This document shows positions 36,150 through 45,978 of a stretch of 45,978 nucleotides of DNA, in pieces. The stretch spans positions 1 to 45,978 of the forward strand of contig JAHWIB010000002.1 in assembly GCA_019322815.1 (NCBI GenBank). The letters run 5' to 3'. Below the pieces are notes generated by a model. The model did not search any database. It worked only from the letters and a program-made list of their open reading frames with translations, and was not told where the DNA came from. Positions within the stretch are counted from its first letter, which is position 1. Each line of letters opens with the position of its first letter. Source of the stretch: Candidatus Woesearchaeota archaeon. Lineage in GTDB: Archaea; Nanobdellota; Nanobdellia; Woesearchaeales; WJKL01. Made by a program: the position numbers and the translations under genes.

Positions 36150-36965
36150 ATGAGTAAAAAATCTATTATCAAAGAAAAATGGAAATTATTTATCAATTCA
36201 TTTAAACTTAAGTCTAATTTTATCTATATTGCTTTGTATGATCTATTATTTTATTCAGTAATGATCTTATTCATCTTGTTTTCTAATATACTAGAAAAAA
36301 AATCAGCAGCAATTGACCCGGATATTTTATCAAAGCTTACTTCAGCAGTAAATGTTACAGCTGCTCAGACTCAGGAGCTGCAGCAGATGGCTCAATCAAT
36401 GCAAAGCTTTATTTATTTTTTAATATTTGGGATTATTTTTTTAACTATAGCAGCCTTATTAATATATACTTTAAGCAGAACATTGATATGGAATAATCTG
36501 CTGGAAAAGAAATTTGATCTTAAAAAATATCTTAAATTTAATGTTTTAAATATTGTTTTTGCAGTAATTCTTGGTATAATATTATATATAATCTTAAGGT
36601 TAAGAATGTCAGTTATGTTATTTCTTGTAGATATATCAATTGATTTTGCCTTGATAGTTTCATCAATATTATTCCTGATAATATTTACAGCAATATCTTA
36701 TTTTTCATCATTATTATATATCAATTACACGCTTAAACCTGAAATTTTTAATTCTTTCAGCAGGACCTTTAAATTAATCAAAAATAAATTTCAAAATATT
36801 TCTTATTCATATTTGTTTATCTTTATCACTGCAATTCTAGCATCACTAATAGCTAGAATATTCTGGCTGGTGCCTTTTCAGATTCAGCAATATTCTAATA
36901 TAGTTATTGTAATATTATTTGCAGCGTGGATGAGGATATATATACTTAATGTAATCAAAAAATGA
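36150..36965 (+). CDS. P4: polytopic membrane protein (about 6 TM); paralog of P7
   Basis: Multiple 20-25-aa hydrophobic segments. Starts 4 nt after the P3 stop, and its own stop overlaps the P5 ATG. Confidence 0.75.
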   Translation: MSKKSIIKEKWKLFINSFKLKSNFIYIALYDLLFYSVMILFILFSNILEKKSAAIDPDILSKLTSAVNVTAAQTQELQQMAQSMQSFIYFLIFGIIFLTIAALLIYTLSRTLIWNNLLEKKFDLKKYLKFNVLNIVFAVILGIILYIILRLRMSVMLFLVDISIDFALIVSSILFLIIFTAISYFSSLLYINYTLKPEIFNSFSRTFKLIKNKFQNISYSYLFIFITAILASLIARIFWLVPFQIQQYSNIVIVILFAAWMRIYILNVIKK

Positions 36966-38839
36966 AAAAAAAATCTCAGGTAACAATATTCATAATAATT
37001 TGAATAATATTGCTTCTTTCAGTAGCTTTGTTTCTCTATTTAAGGCAGGAAATAACAATCTTCAGGCCAAGAGAGGTTTATCCTCCAGAAGTCATGCCAA
37101 TTGTAGATTTTATGGATACTTGTTTAAATGATCTGGGAACACAAGCAGCAAATATTGTAGGATCAACAGGAGGCTATATTGAAATTCCTCCAGAGATAGC
37201 AAATGACCCTTCTGCCCATATCTCATTGGCTCCTCCTGGAATACCAACAGCAAAGGTCCCGTTATGGTATTACCAGGGCCAAAACAGGATTCCAACTTTA
37301 GAATTTATAAAAGATCAGATGGAGGGTTATATTGAAGAAAGATATAGGGAATGTCTTAATAACTTGACTGAATTCAGGCAAAGATTCAACATAACAGAAT
37401 TAGGGCAGATTATGATCACAGTAAATCTGGAAGAAGAAAACACTCCAATAGAGCTTAGTTTTCCTTTAGAAATCAGCGATGTTTTAGGAAAAAGACTGGC
37501 TAAGATAGAGACAAGAACAGTCACTCTTCCATTTAGGATCAAAAAAGCGTATACATTAGCAGCTGCTATCATGGAAGCAGAGCAGAGAGACATGAAACTA
37601 GAAGATATAACAATGGATTTAATAGCCTTAGATCCTGATATACCTTATGCAGATATGGAATTTACTTGTTCAAAAAAAAGATGGTCAATTAATGATATAA
37701 TCAATAAACTAAGAGTGATGTTAAGGACAAACCTGGATGAATTAAGAATTGGTAATACAGATTTTGTAGAGGTCCCTAAAAGCAAGCCGTATATTTTTCA
37801 TCATTATATCTGGCTTGTAACAGATGTAACTTATCCTGATATGACAGCAAGCTTTACTTATGATGAAAAATGGCCTTTATATCTTTATGCAAGGCCAAAC
37901 AAAGGATCTTATTTAGAAAGCGGCATGCAGCAGGGGCTTGACGTAATGTCATGGCTTTGCATCCAGAACTGGAAATTCACATATGATATAAGATATCCTG
38001 TTTTGACAACAGTTAAAGACAAAAAGTCAGATTATAGTTTTAATTTTGCATTTAGAGTATTGATAGACCATAACCAGCCTACAAGACACACATTCCCGGT
38101 ATCAGTATTTGAATTTGAAACAAACCCAACAATATCAGAATACTGTGATAGCAGAGTGCATGATATCACTGTTTTGACTTATGATAATGTAAGTGTTAAT
38201 GGAGTTGAAGATTATATTGAAATAGATGGTGTTGATGTTAGTTTCACATGCTTGAAATATAGGTGTGAATTAGGAAAAACAGAATGGAGTGAAAGCGGAG
38301 CAGTTGCTGAATTAACAGCAGCATTCCCTTATTGTGTCTTGGGAATTTTAAGAGGAAAAAAAGAAGGATATAAAGACGCGCATGTCTTTATGTCCAGCGA
38401 AAGGCCAAAAACAGTAGAGCTTTATCTTACTCCTATAAAAGAAGTCGAAACTTATACAGTTGTAAAACACCCTGATTTAAACACCCTTGCCGAACAGCCT
38501 ATAGATGAAGATGAGATTGTTTCAATCTCAATAGAAAGGCCAGGCCACTCAACCTTCGGCTTATATCCAAGACAAACAGATATTCCTCTGACATTTCTAG
38601 CAGAAGCTGATTTTAATTATACAGTGCAGATGTACCTAACAGATTTAGATGGAGATTTTAAAGGAGGTTATAAAAGCGTTTGGACTCCTGACTGGTCAGA
38701 GCTTAGGGACGCAAAGCAGATTAAATTCCATGTATATTATTCAATGGATGCAGAGGGAGATAAAGTGCTTGACTCTTTAGTTAGCTTAGAAAATCTTTCA
38801 GTAGAAATTCCAGAGCCAGAAATAATAACAACAGAATAA
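36962..38839 (+). CDS. P5: paralog of P1, interrupted by an in-frame TGA (37001-37003) inside the signal anchor; possible pseudogene, readthrough or sequence error
   Basis: ATG 36962 overlaps the P4 stop (ATGA). It translates to MKKKSQVTIFIII*IILLLSVALFLYLRQ, colinear with the P1 N-terminus. The ORF track only calls TTG 37010 onward. Confidence 0.6.
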
Positions 38840-38840
38840 C

Positions 38841-41800
38841 ATGCTATATAAAAAATTAAATAAAATAATTGCATTGATTTTAATAGAATTAATCTTAATC
38901 CTGCCTGTTTATACAGCAGCGCTTACTATATCTAATATACAGGTAGATGCATCTGATAAGTCTGCATTTGTGACATGGCAGACAGATGAAGAAAGCGCTA
39001 CAGAAATTAGTTACGGCAAAGACACAGCCAATTTGAATAACACTATATCTGATGTAAATCTTGTTAAAGATCATTCTGTTCTGCTGAGGAATCTGGAAAA
39101 ATCAACTGCATATTTTTTTGAATTGACTGCGCAGACACCTACAGAGACATTAGTTGATGACAAATCAGGAGAATACTACAAGTTTTTGACGCTTGCAGAA
39201 GATACAGTAGAGCCCTTTATAGATGTAGAACTTCCAGAAGCAGTTGACAGCAATGAATTAGATATAGTCGGAAAAACAGAGATTGAGTCAAAGATAGAGC
39301 TTTTTGTAAACGGCCAGGCAAGAAGAGTGGTTGATTTTTCAAAAAATACTCTTGGAGAATTGAAATTTTATGGGGTTGACTTGCTGCCGAATGAGCAGAA
39401 TATTATATTCTTAAAAGTAACAGACCTTGCAGGAAATACAGCTCAAAAGCAGTTTACTGTTTATTCAGATTTGGTCGCTCCAGTAATAACCTTTACACCT
39501 GAACTGCCTGATGTGATTGATGCAAGTTCAATTAATATCATCGGAACATTGTCAGAAATATCTTTATTTAACGTGACATTAAATGATGCGTCTATATATT
39601 CTGCTGAAACAGCTTCTTTTTCTTTTAATACCCAACTAACAGAAGGAGAAAATAGATTTGTTATAAAAGCAAAAGATAAATCAGGCCGTGAAACAATTAT
39701 AGAAAAAACAGTTATTTCAGATACACTGCCTCCAACACTGATAAATGTGACGCCTGTTTCAGGGAGCTTTTATTATGAAGGAAGAGGGATAATAGATCTT
39801 CAATTTGCAACAGAGCCAAATGCAGAAGTAAGGGTTTACAGGGACGGCAGAGGCATTTTGGCAAAATATGATGAAACAAGAACAGCAGATGCAAATGGCA
39901 ATGTAAGATTTAATGATGTTGAGTTAGAAGGAGTTCATTTCGGGCCTTTTTCAGTATCAGCAGAATGGCCTCCTATGAGAGAGGTGCAGGCAACAACTCA
40001 AAGAGTAGTTACATCTCAAACAACACAGCAGGGCACAGAAGCTCAGCAAAGAACAGTCAAATTAATTATTGCTGTAAGAGATATAGCAGATCATGTAACC
40101 ATACATACAATGAGCTATACAATTGGAACATGCTGGAGCGGAGAACTAGATTTTCATATTTCTAACATGATAGAATATAATACACCTACATTATTAAGCC
40201 CAGAAAGATTAGAAGAAGGCTCTGAATTGATATCATTTGTATTAAATGTCAGTTATGAAGGAGGAGCTAAAGATCCATCAGACTGGCAAATAACTGATGT
40301 AAGGTTTGACAAAGCATGCAGAGGAGGAAGATTAGGCGAGCCAGAATTCTTTTTAGAAGAAGACATAAGATATGACGTGTCTTGTTCAATACTGCCAAGT
40401 TCTCCAACAACTAAAGACAGAAATACTGCAGGAACATTATGGTATGTCAGATATGATCTAGGCAGTACAGCTGAATTTACTAATTTTACAGAGGTTGATT
40501 GGGAAGAAATCGGAAGGCGCGAGTTAATATTTCCTTTAAAACTTACAGTAAGGTATAAAGAAAGAGAAGTTAATCCCACAACAGGCAGGAAAGAATGGAG
40601 CGGAACAAAGACCCAGACAAAATGCATGCAGGTTGCTTATTTTGTTGATATTCCAATAGACCCAAGAGATGTTCTTCCTGATGCAATATTAGAGGATCTT
40701 CCAGATGCTATGAATAATACAATCAATTCAATAAATGATATACTCAATACAACAGAAGAAATCACAGAATATATTGCAATAGGCTGCTTAAGTAGTCTTT
40801 TAATAAAGTTTGTAACACAGATTATAAGAAAAATAACATGCAGATTAAACACAAGATCAGCAAAGATTGCTAAATCTGTTGGAAAAGAAGCAACATGCCC
40901 TACAACAGATGATGGAAGGATGTCTTTGCCTTTAAATAATGCTTCTAGAAAAGGTGTTACAGTCCCTACTAAATTATACAGGCCTTCTGGAAAAGCAGAA
41001 AACCCCGAATATCCTTATCTTGAGACAGCCTGTTCAGGATGCGCAAATGCATGGAAAGCAGAAGCAGGTCTTTATCAGCTTGAGAGATGGCTGTGTGACA
41101 GGATTTTATGCCATAAAGCTCCTGCAAAATGGACAGCTTTTGAAAAAGGAGTAAAAGATGAGCAGATTAAATTAGCTGAAAAAAAATCAAGAACATGCGG
41201 CGATGAAGACAAAGCAGGCGTTCTATCTCTTTCAAAAATTGAAAATTGCGCAAGGACATACGGCCCGTCAGGCAGAAACGTGCTGTCAATTGGATTTGAA
41301 ACTAGAAATCTGTGTTATTTATATGAAAATACCTTATATGTAGAAGCTACAACACCACTTGCAGCAGATGCAGACGGTTTTTATACATTGACTAAAGCCA
41401 GTAAAGGAGGAGAAGGGCCTGGGGAGCTTAAAGTAATAAAAGAAGGATCTAATTATGCGACAGCAAGAAACAAGAACTGTGATGACATCTGCAAAGAGGT
41501 TAATAGAAAAGCTGTAGGAAGCTGTGAAGCAAAAAAAACCTGCGTTGAAGTGAAAGGAAAACTAGATGCAGGAACTTTGATGGGCTACAGCAATGACTGC
41601 TGGTACAGGCAGGATGCAATAAAAGACAAAGAACAATGCTGCTGCAGAACAGAAAAAGGAGTTGTACCAGAGCCTCCTGTTACAACAGTCAACTGCAAAG
41701 TAGGCCAAACTCCAGGAAAAGACTGCCAGGATTGGGAATACAGAGAGCAGGAATTGAATAGAAAAGACAAGAAAAAATATGGAACTTATTATCCTGAAAA

Positions 41801-44318
41801 CAGATATTTTGAAGGCCGTGACTTGCCAGCTTGTTTTGGACAGAATTATTTCTTTGAAACTCCTGCAAAAGGCAAGCCAGGAAAAGTTCCGACACTCGAT
41901 CCATTCAGGCAGCACTTAAGCACATTTCAGTGCCTTTGCTTGACAGGAATAAGGCAGAGGCTGATCATGTTAAAGAATATTTTAACAGGAATGAGGAACT
42001 GTTTAATCCAGATAAGAGAAACAGGAGATGCAGATGTAGGTGTCTGCAAAGAAATGTTCACTCAATATGTATGTGATGTTGTTTATCAGGTTTATTTATG
42101 GTTTAAAAGAGGATGTATTCCAAACCCATTTGGAGATGATATAACACTTGGAGGAAGATCAACAGGAGTAGGCGGAACAAATGTCAGTGCTCCAAGCGTA
42201 TTTTCAATAGTTGGAGGAGAGATGTTTGGAACAGTCAGAGATATGGGAAGCAGCATTGGAGCAGAGTATGGAAGCTCGCAATTTTCAAATTACTTAAGCA
42301 TGGGAGAAAGAGAGCTCTCAAGAAAGATTTGTTTAGCAGCATTTGGATTTGATGTAGGCTGGGATTTTGATACTCTTTTAGACATGACTTATAATACCCA
42401 ATTTGCATCATCTGTATTAGCCTTAGGATTAAGAAGAGATTTTTTAACTTATAATCCTGACAATGAACTTGCAACCTATGCATACAGGGGCTCGTGGACA
42501 ATATATCCTGGATGCGAGATTATAAGCTATAAAGTTGATTTAACTTGCGTCAACCAGCAGGAAAAAAGCAAGTATCGAGGGATTGATTGCACTACAGTTG
42601 CTGATCCGGAAAACCCAACAGGATGCGACTGCCTAATGCAGTCATCGCCGTATGCAGCCAGGTCAAAATTATTCTATACAGGAGGCCCATTATCAGCTAC
42701 TGCAATGGAAGATAAAGATCATCATACTAATGTTGAAAGCCAATTTAGATATGATCATCTAAGGATACAGCTTTTCCTGCATCCAGAAGCTGATAAGAGT
42801 AAATGCCTGCCAACAGGTTATGATGAAGGAATATTTTATTTCCCAATAACAGACAGGACAGCAAGAGATCTTCTTGACTGCACCCTTGACCTTGAAAGAG
42901 GACAGTTCAGATGCAGCCGCGGCTTGGAATGGGAGCAAAAAGGAGAAGCTCGTTTTGATTATTTCACAAAAGATGAATGCAAGGCCGGCGAATCATGCAA
43001 TTTATTATGCAATAATCCTTATGAAAGTTCTGCATGGATTGACTGTAAAAATGTAACTTACACAGCAGGCAAGAATATCCAGATAAAACCAAAGATAAGA
43101 GGAAAAGGAAGCCAATGCTTGAAAGCAACATTGACAGCAGAAAACGGAGAAAAGGTCTACGATGAAATGCATTCTATTGGCCAAAGCGGGTTTGAGCAGG
43201 AATATACAGAATCAAATCCAATATCTCTGACTACTGTAAGGCCGGATCAATTTGCAGGAGGAGGAGTTTCTATAGATTCAACAACAAAAGAAAACTGTAC
43301 AATAGGAGATATTTCAAATGTATCAAGCAGGATGCCTGGCCAAACATTAAATCTAGAATGGGAAAAAACAGTAGAAGCAGGCATCACTAAGTTTAAGCCC
43401 AAAACCATTCCAACTGGCTTGAAGATTTATGACCAGTCTGGAACTGAAGTTGGATTTATAGGCTCTAAAGCAGCAAGTGAAATAGAAAAATTAAGTTTTG
43501 GATTTGCAGGATTTAGGTTTAAATTTACTAAGATCGAGCCAGGCAGATGTATAATAAAGACAAAAGCAGGAACAGGCAGTGAAAATCAGATATGGCAGCT
43601 TAGTCTTGAATTATATCATCCAGATGCTCAAGGCAGCTGCGCAATGACAGCAGGCAGAGTATTAGACAGGATATTTATTGTAGGACAAGAAACATCTATT
43701 GACAGGTCATTGGATGTTAGGAAGAGCTACAGCCCTCCTGCTGCTGGCACAGTTGGAACAGGCAAAGCTGCTGATGTGATAGGACTTAGCGGTTCAGAAC
43801 TAGAAAACTTTTTGAAGGAAAAATTAGAGAAAAATGAGATGTTATCTTCCTGCAACAATAATAAATTAGATGAAGGAGAGTCATGCGACATTATAGATGG
43901 AAGAATAGTGTTAGCAGGAAGTCCAGTCCTTTCTCTTGATGAAGACTTTTTAAAAATAAATAATACAATTCAGATAAGTACAGGATCTTGCTTACATTTA
44001 GCAACAGATGATTGTTATGAAAATAATGCTAATTTTGATATTTCTAGTATAAAATGTTTTGGCTGTTATGCCTGGAGCCCTTTGTTAACATGCATAGATG
44101 ATGATAGTCTTGGAGATGACGGACAATCAAAATGGTATCCTGCCAGATTATATTATAGTTATAGTGAAAAGAAATTTGATAGAATATACTGGTATAAAAA
44201 AGAATCATATGTTGGAAGTGATTCAAGTTGCCCAAATGAGTGCATTAATAGAGATGATAATAATCTAAAAGATATAACTAGAAAGCCATTTGCAGCTAAT
44301 AATAATTTTTGCAGTTAA
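38841..44318 (+). CDS. P6: 1825-aa secreted giant protein with FN3/Ig-like N-terminal array and Cys-rich core; paralog of P2 (and possibly P3)
   Basis: Starts 2 nt after the P5 stop. Signal anchor IIALILIELILILPVYTAA. FN3-like ISNIQVDASDKSAFVTWQTDEESATEISYG. Ig-like starts DLVAPVITF and DTLPPTLINV. The Cys-rich core aligns with P2. Confidence 0.85.
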   Translation: MLYKKLNKIIALILIELILILPVYTAALTISNIQVDASDKSAFVTWQTDEESATEISYGKDTANLNNTISDVNLVKDHSVLLRNLEKSTAYFFELTAQTPTETLVDDKSGEYYKFLTLAEDTVEPFIDVELPEAVDSNELDIVGKTEIESKIELFVNGQARRVVDFSKNTLGELKFYGVDLLPNEQNIIFLKVTDLAGNTAQKQFTVYSDLVAPVITFTPELPDVIDASSINIIGTLSEISLFNVTLNDASIYSAETASFSFNTQLTEGENRFVIKAKDKSGRETIIEKTVISDTLPPTLINVTPVSGSFYYEGRGIIDLQFATEPNAEVRVYRDGRGILAKYDETRTADANGNVRFNDVELEGVHFGPFSVSAEWPPMREVQATTQRVVTSQTTQQGTEAQQRTVKLIIAVRDIADHVTIHTMSYTIGTCWSGELDFHISNMIEYNTPTLLSPERLEEGSELISFVLNVSYEGGAKDPSDWQITDVRFDKACRGGRLGEPEFFLEEDIRYDVSCSILPSSPTTKDRNTAGTLWYVRYDLGSTAEFTNFTEVDWEEIGRRELIFPLKLTVRYKEREVNPTTGRKEWSGTKTQTKCMQVAYFVDIPIDPRDVLPDAILEDLPDAMNNTINSINDILNTTEEITEYIAIGCLSSLLIKFVTQIIRKITCRLNTRSAKIAKSVGKEATCPTTDDGRMSLPLNNASRKGVTVPTKLYRPSGKAENPEYPYLETACSGCANAWKAEAGLYQLERWLCDRILCHKAPAKWTAFEKGVKDEQIKLAEKKSRTCGDEDKAGVLSLSKIENCARTYGPSGRNVLSIGFETRNLCYLYENTLYVEATTPLAADADGFYTLTKASKGGEGPGELKVIKEGSNYATARNKNCDDICKEVNRKAVGSCEAKKTCVEVKGKLDAGTLMGYSNDCWYRQDAIKDKEQCCCRTEKGVVPEPPVTTVNCKVGQTPGKDCQDWEYREQELNRKDKKKYGTYYPENRYFEGRDLPACFGQNYFFETPAKGKPGKVPTLDPFRQHLSTFQCLCLTGIRQRLIMLKNILTGMRNCLIQIRETGDADVGVCKEMFTQYVCDVVYQVYLWFKRGCIPNPFGDDITLGGRSTGVGGTNVSAPSVFSIVGGEMFGTVRDMGSSIGAEYGSSQFSNYLSMGERELSRKICLAAFGFDVGWDFDTLLDMTYNTQFASSVLALGLRRDFLTYNPDNELATYAYRGSWTIYPGCEIISYKVDLTCVNQQEKSKYRGIDCTTVADPENPTGCDCLMQSSPYAARSKLFYTGGPLSATAMEDKDHHTNVESQFRYDHLRIQLFLHPEADKSKCLPTGYDEGIFYFPITDRTARDLLDCTLDLERGQFRCSRGLEWEQKGEARFDYFTKDECKAGESCNLLCNNPYESSAWIDCKNVTYTAGKNIQIKPKIRGKGSQCLKATLTAENGEKVYDEMHSIGQSGFEQEYTESNPISLTTVRPDQFAGGGVSIDSTTKENCTIGDISNVSSRMPGQTLNLEWEKTVEAGITKFKPKTIPTGLKIYDQSGTEVGFIGSKAASEIEKLSFGFAGFRFKFTKIEPGRCIIKTKAGTGSENQIWQLSLELYHPDAQGSCAMTAGRVLDRIFIVGQETSIDRSLDVRKSYSPPAAGTVGTGKAADVIGLSGSELENFLKEKLEKNEMLSSCNNNKLDEGESCDIIDGRIVLAGSPVLSLDEDFLKINNTIQISTGSCLHLATDDCYENNANFDISSIKCFGCYAWSPLLTCIDDDSLGDDGQSKWYPARLYYSYSEKKFDRIYWYKKESYVGSDSSCPNECINRDDNNLKDITRKPFAANNNFCS

Positions 44319-44335
44319 AATAAATTTATGATAAG

Positions 44336-45115
44336 ATGAAACGAATAATATCCTCTTTGAAGCAATCCTTTAAAATAAAGAATAAAAAACTGTTATTCTT
44401 ATTGCTTTTTCTGATCCAAATAGGATTTATAGTTTTGATCTCTTATTTATTTGTTCATTATTATACAATTATTATGAACTTATTGAATTCAATCATACAA
44501 GGTATTGAGCAGTTAACTCCAGAATCACTTGCTGATATGCAGCAAAGCTTAAGGATGTATGCAAATCTAGAAAAAGTAACTAGCACATTCTCTTTGGCAA
44601 TATTAGTTATGTATCTTGTTTATGCAGTATTAAACGGGCTTAATTGGGATTTTACAAATATGCTTGTAAATAAAAAATTAAAATTTCCAAAATATGAAGC
44701 TCAGTTTGCAGTATTGGCATTTATTTTTCTTCTGCCTGCAATGATTATATTCAGAGCTATTCTTAACTCTTTAATTCAGCTGGATTTCTTATATCCTATG
44801 AAAATTATAGCAGGATTGATAATATTAGCAACATGGTATTTTATGATGATTGCATTTGCATTGATTAATAAATACAAATTAAATAAATTAAAGCAGCACC
44901 TAAAACAGACATTCATCATAGGCTGTAAAAAAGCAAAAATCCTGATTCCAACATATCTGATAATTATAGTTGTATTATCAGCATTCTTTACCTTGATTTA
45001 TCTTGTACAGGACATAGAATCTCTTTCTGTCTTGATTTTATCAATAGTCTTGTTCATGCTGTCAATTGTCTGGAGCAGAATTTATTTCCTGACAACGATG
45101 AAGAATTTATCTTAA
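44336..45115 (+). CDS. P7: polytopic membrane protein; paralog of P4
   Basis: About 6 hydrophobic helices. NWDFTNMLVNKKLKFPKY and VWSRIYFLTTMKNL align with IWNNLLEKKFDLKKYLKF and AWMRIYILNVIKK in P4. Confidence 0.75.
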   Translation: MKRIISSLKQSFKIKNKKLLFLLLFLIQIGFIVLISYLFVHYYTIIMNLLNSIIQGIEQLTPESLADMQQSLRMYANLEKVTSTFSLAILVMYLVYAVLNGLNWDFTNMLVNKKLKFPKYEAQFAVLAFIFLLPAMIIFRAILNSLIQLDFLYPMKIIAGLIILATWYFMMIAFALINKYKLNKLKQHLKQTFIIGCKKAKILIPTYLIIIVVLSAFFTLIYLVQDIESLSVLILSIVLFMLSIVWSRIYFLTTMKNLS

Positions 45116-45937
45116 AACAGCTTTCAAAGAAGCAATTGCAATTTCTATCTGCTTGTTTGTAGGCTCTTTTGTGGTTATTCTCTGTATCCATAAGCCAGGT
45201 GCATTTAGGATTCTAAATATTAAATTATTTTTGAATCTTGAACTTATTTTCAGGATTTCATAAGAAACAGCTGCAATTACTGGTATCAGGACAATCCTTG
45301 CTCCTAATTTTACATACCAATGATCACTTATTACCAAAGAAAAAACCAATATTGAAATAACCAAGACTATAACTAAAAAACTGGTTCCGCATCTTGGGTT
45401 GATTGTTGTAAATTTCTTTGCATTCTTAATAGTTAATTCTTCGCCAGCTTCATAGCAGTTTACTGCTTTGTGCTCTGCTCCATGGTATCTGAACAGCTGC
45501 TTGACATCCTTCATAAAACTTATTCCAGCAAGATATATCAAAAATATTCCTATCCTTAAAACACCATCAATCAGATTAAACAAGATTCCTTTTGCAACAA
45601 TCAATCCAGTTAAATAAAAAGGAATTACAATAAAAAACAGTATAACAAATATAAATGATAACACTATTGTAAATATCAATTCTTTCATAGTTAATTTTTC
45701 TTTTTTCTCAAGCTGCTGATTAGCGCTCCAGTTCAGAGCCTTGATTCCTAAAATCAACGTATCCCATAATACAAAAAAGCCACGGAAAAGAGGAGCAGCA
45801 TATATTTTGCTTTTTCTTTTTAATCTTTTTTTCAATGTTTTTATCTTACCTTTTGGCAGTCTTACAGAAATAGCATACTTTGATTTACTTTTCATCATCA
45901 CTCCTTCTATAACAGCCTGGCCTCCAATGTGTTCCAT
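45107..45937 (-). CDS. DUF1385-family membrane protein (YqhQ-like)
   Basis: IGGQAVIEGVMMKS, YHGAEHKAVNCYE and NPRCGTSFLVIVL are the conserved blocks I recall for DUF1385. Several TM helices. Confidence 0.65.
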   Translation of the reverse strand: MEHIGGQAVIEGVMMKSKSKYAISVRLPKGKIKTLKKRLKRKSKIYAAPLFRGFFVLWDTLILGIKALNWSANQQLEKKEKLTMKELIFTIVLSFIFVILFFIVIPFYLTGLIVAKGILFNLIDGVLRIGIFLIYLAGISFMKDVKQLFRYHGAEHKAVNCYEAGEELTIKNAKKFTTINPRCGTSFLVIVLVISILVFSLVISDHWYVKLGARIVLIPVIAAVSYEILKISSRFKNNLIFRILNAPGLWIQRITTKEPTNKQIEIAIASLKAVLR

Positions 45938-45978
45938 ATTTTTTTTAGAAAAATTAGAGTATATAAAAGTTTTGGAAA

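Noticed and set aside
37001-37003. TGA reassigned to Gly or Trp genome-wide (genetic code 25 or 4)
   Set aside because: TGA terminates P1 (30954-30956), P4 (36963-36965) and islet genes 2 and 3, each at a sensible position with a coupled downstream start. Standard stop usage fits better, so the P5 TGA is treated as a local anomaly.

Overview
This is a low-GC window that is probably archaeal (inference), resembling the small genomes of DPANN-type archaea. Support: a TYW3/Taw3 wyosine methyltransferase, an AbrB-PhoU fusion regulator, TTTATATA-type TATA boxes, GGTGA Shine-Dalgarno sites and oligo-T terminators. I recognised no rRNA, tRNA, CRISPR array, transposase or integrase.

Layout:
- 1-7.4 kb: three HEPN/nucleotidyltransferase modules bracket a visibly GC-richer islet of five orphan genes. 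Four of these carry an almost identical translation-initiation cassette.
- 7.9-14.1 kb: a minus-strand surface-protein cluster. It holds an acidic anchored protein, a 1378-aa protein built from Cys-rich repeats and beta-propellers, and an OMP-like beta-barrel lipoprotein.
- 14.3-19.9 kb: housekeeping and small genes (flavin reductase-like protein, two paralogous coiled-coil proteins, methyltransferase, Ser/Thr kinase, MBL hydrolase, zinc-ribbon protein).
- 20.1-25.3 kb: two paralogous adhesin-like genes with conserved ends and different middles.
- 25.3-28.6 kb: PHP phosphoesterase, a protein with a basic insert, and MetRS.
- 28.7-45.1 kb: a seven-gene, translationally coupled operon built from a tandemly duplicated module. 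The module is a pilin-like-anchored large protein, then a giant protein with an Ig array and Cys-rich core, then a polytopic membrane protein.

The operon is the best candidate for an undescribed cell-surface system. One of its genes carries an in-frame TGA inside its signal anchor.

Summing ORF lengths, about 27 of 46 kb encode secreted or membrane proteins. I saw no ATPase, secretin or peptidase gene in the window. All functional calls come from motifs read by eye. No database search was run.
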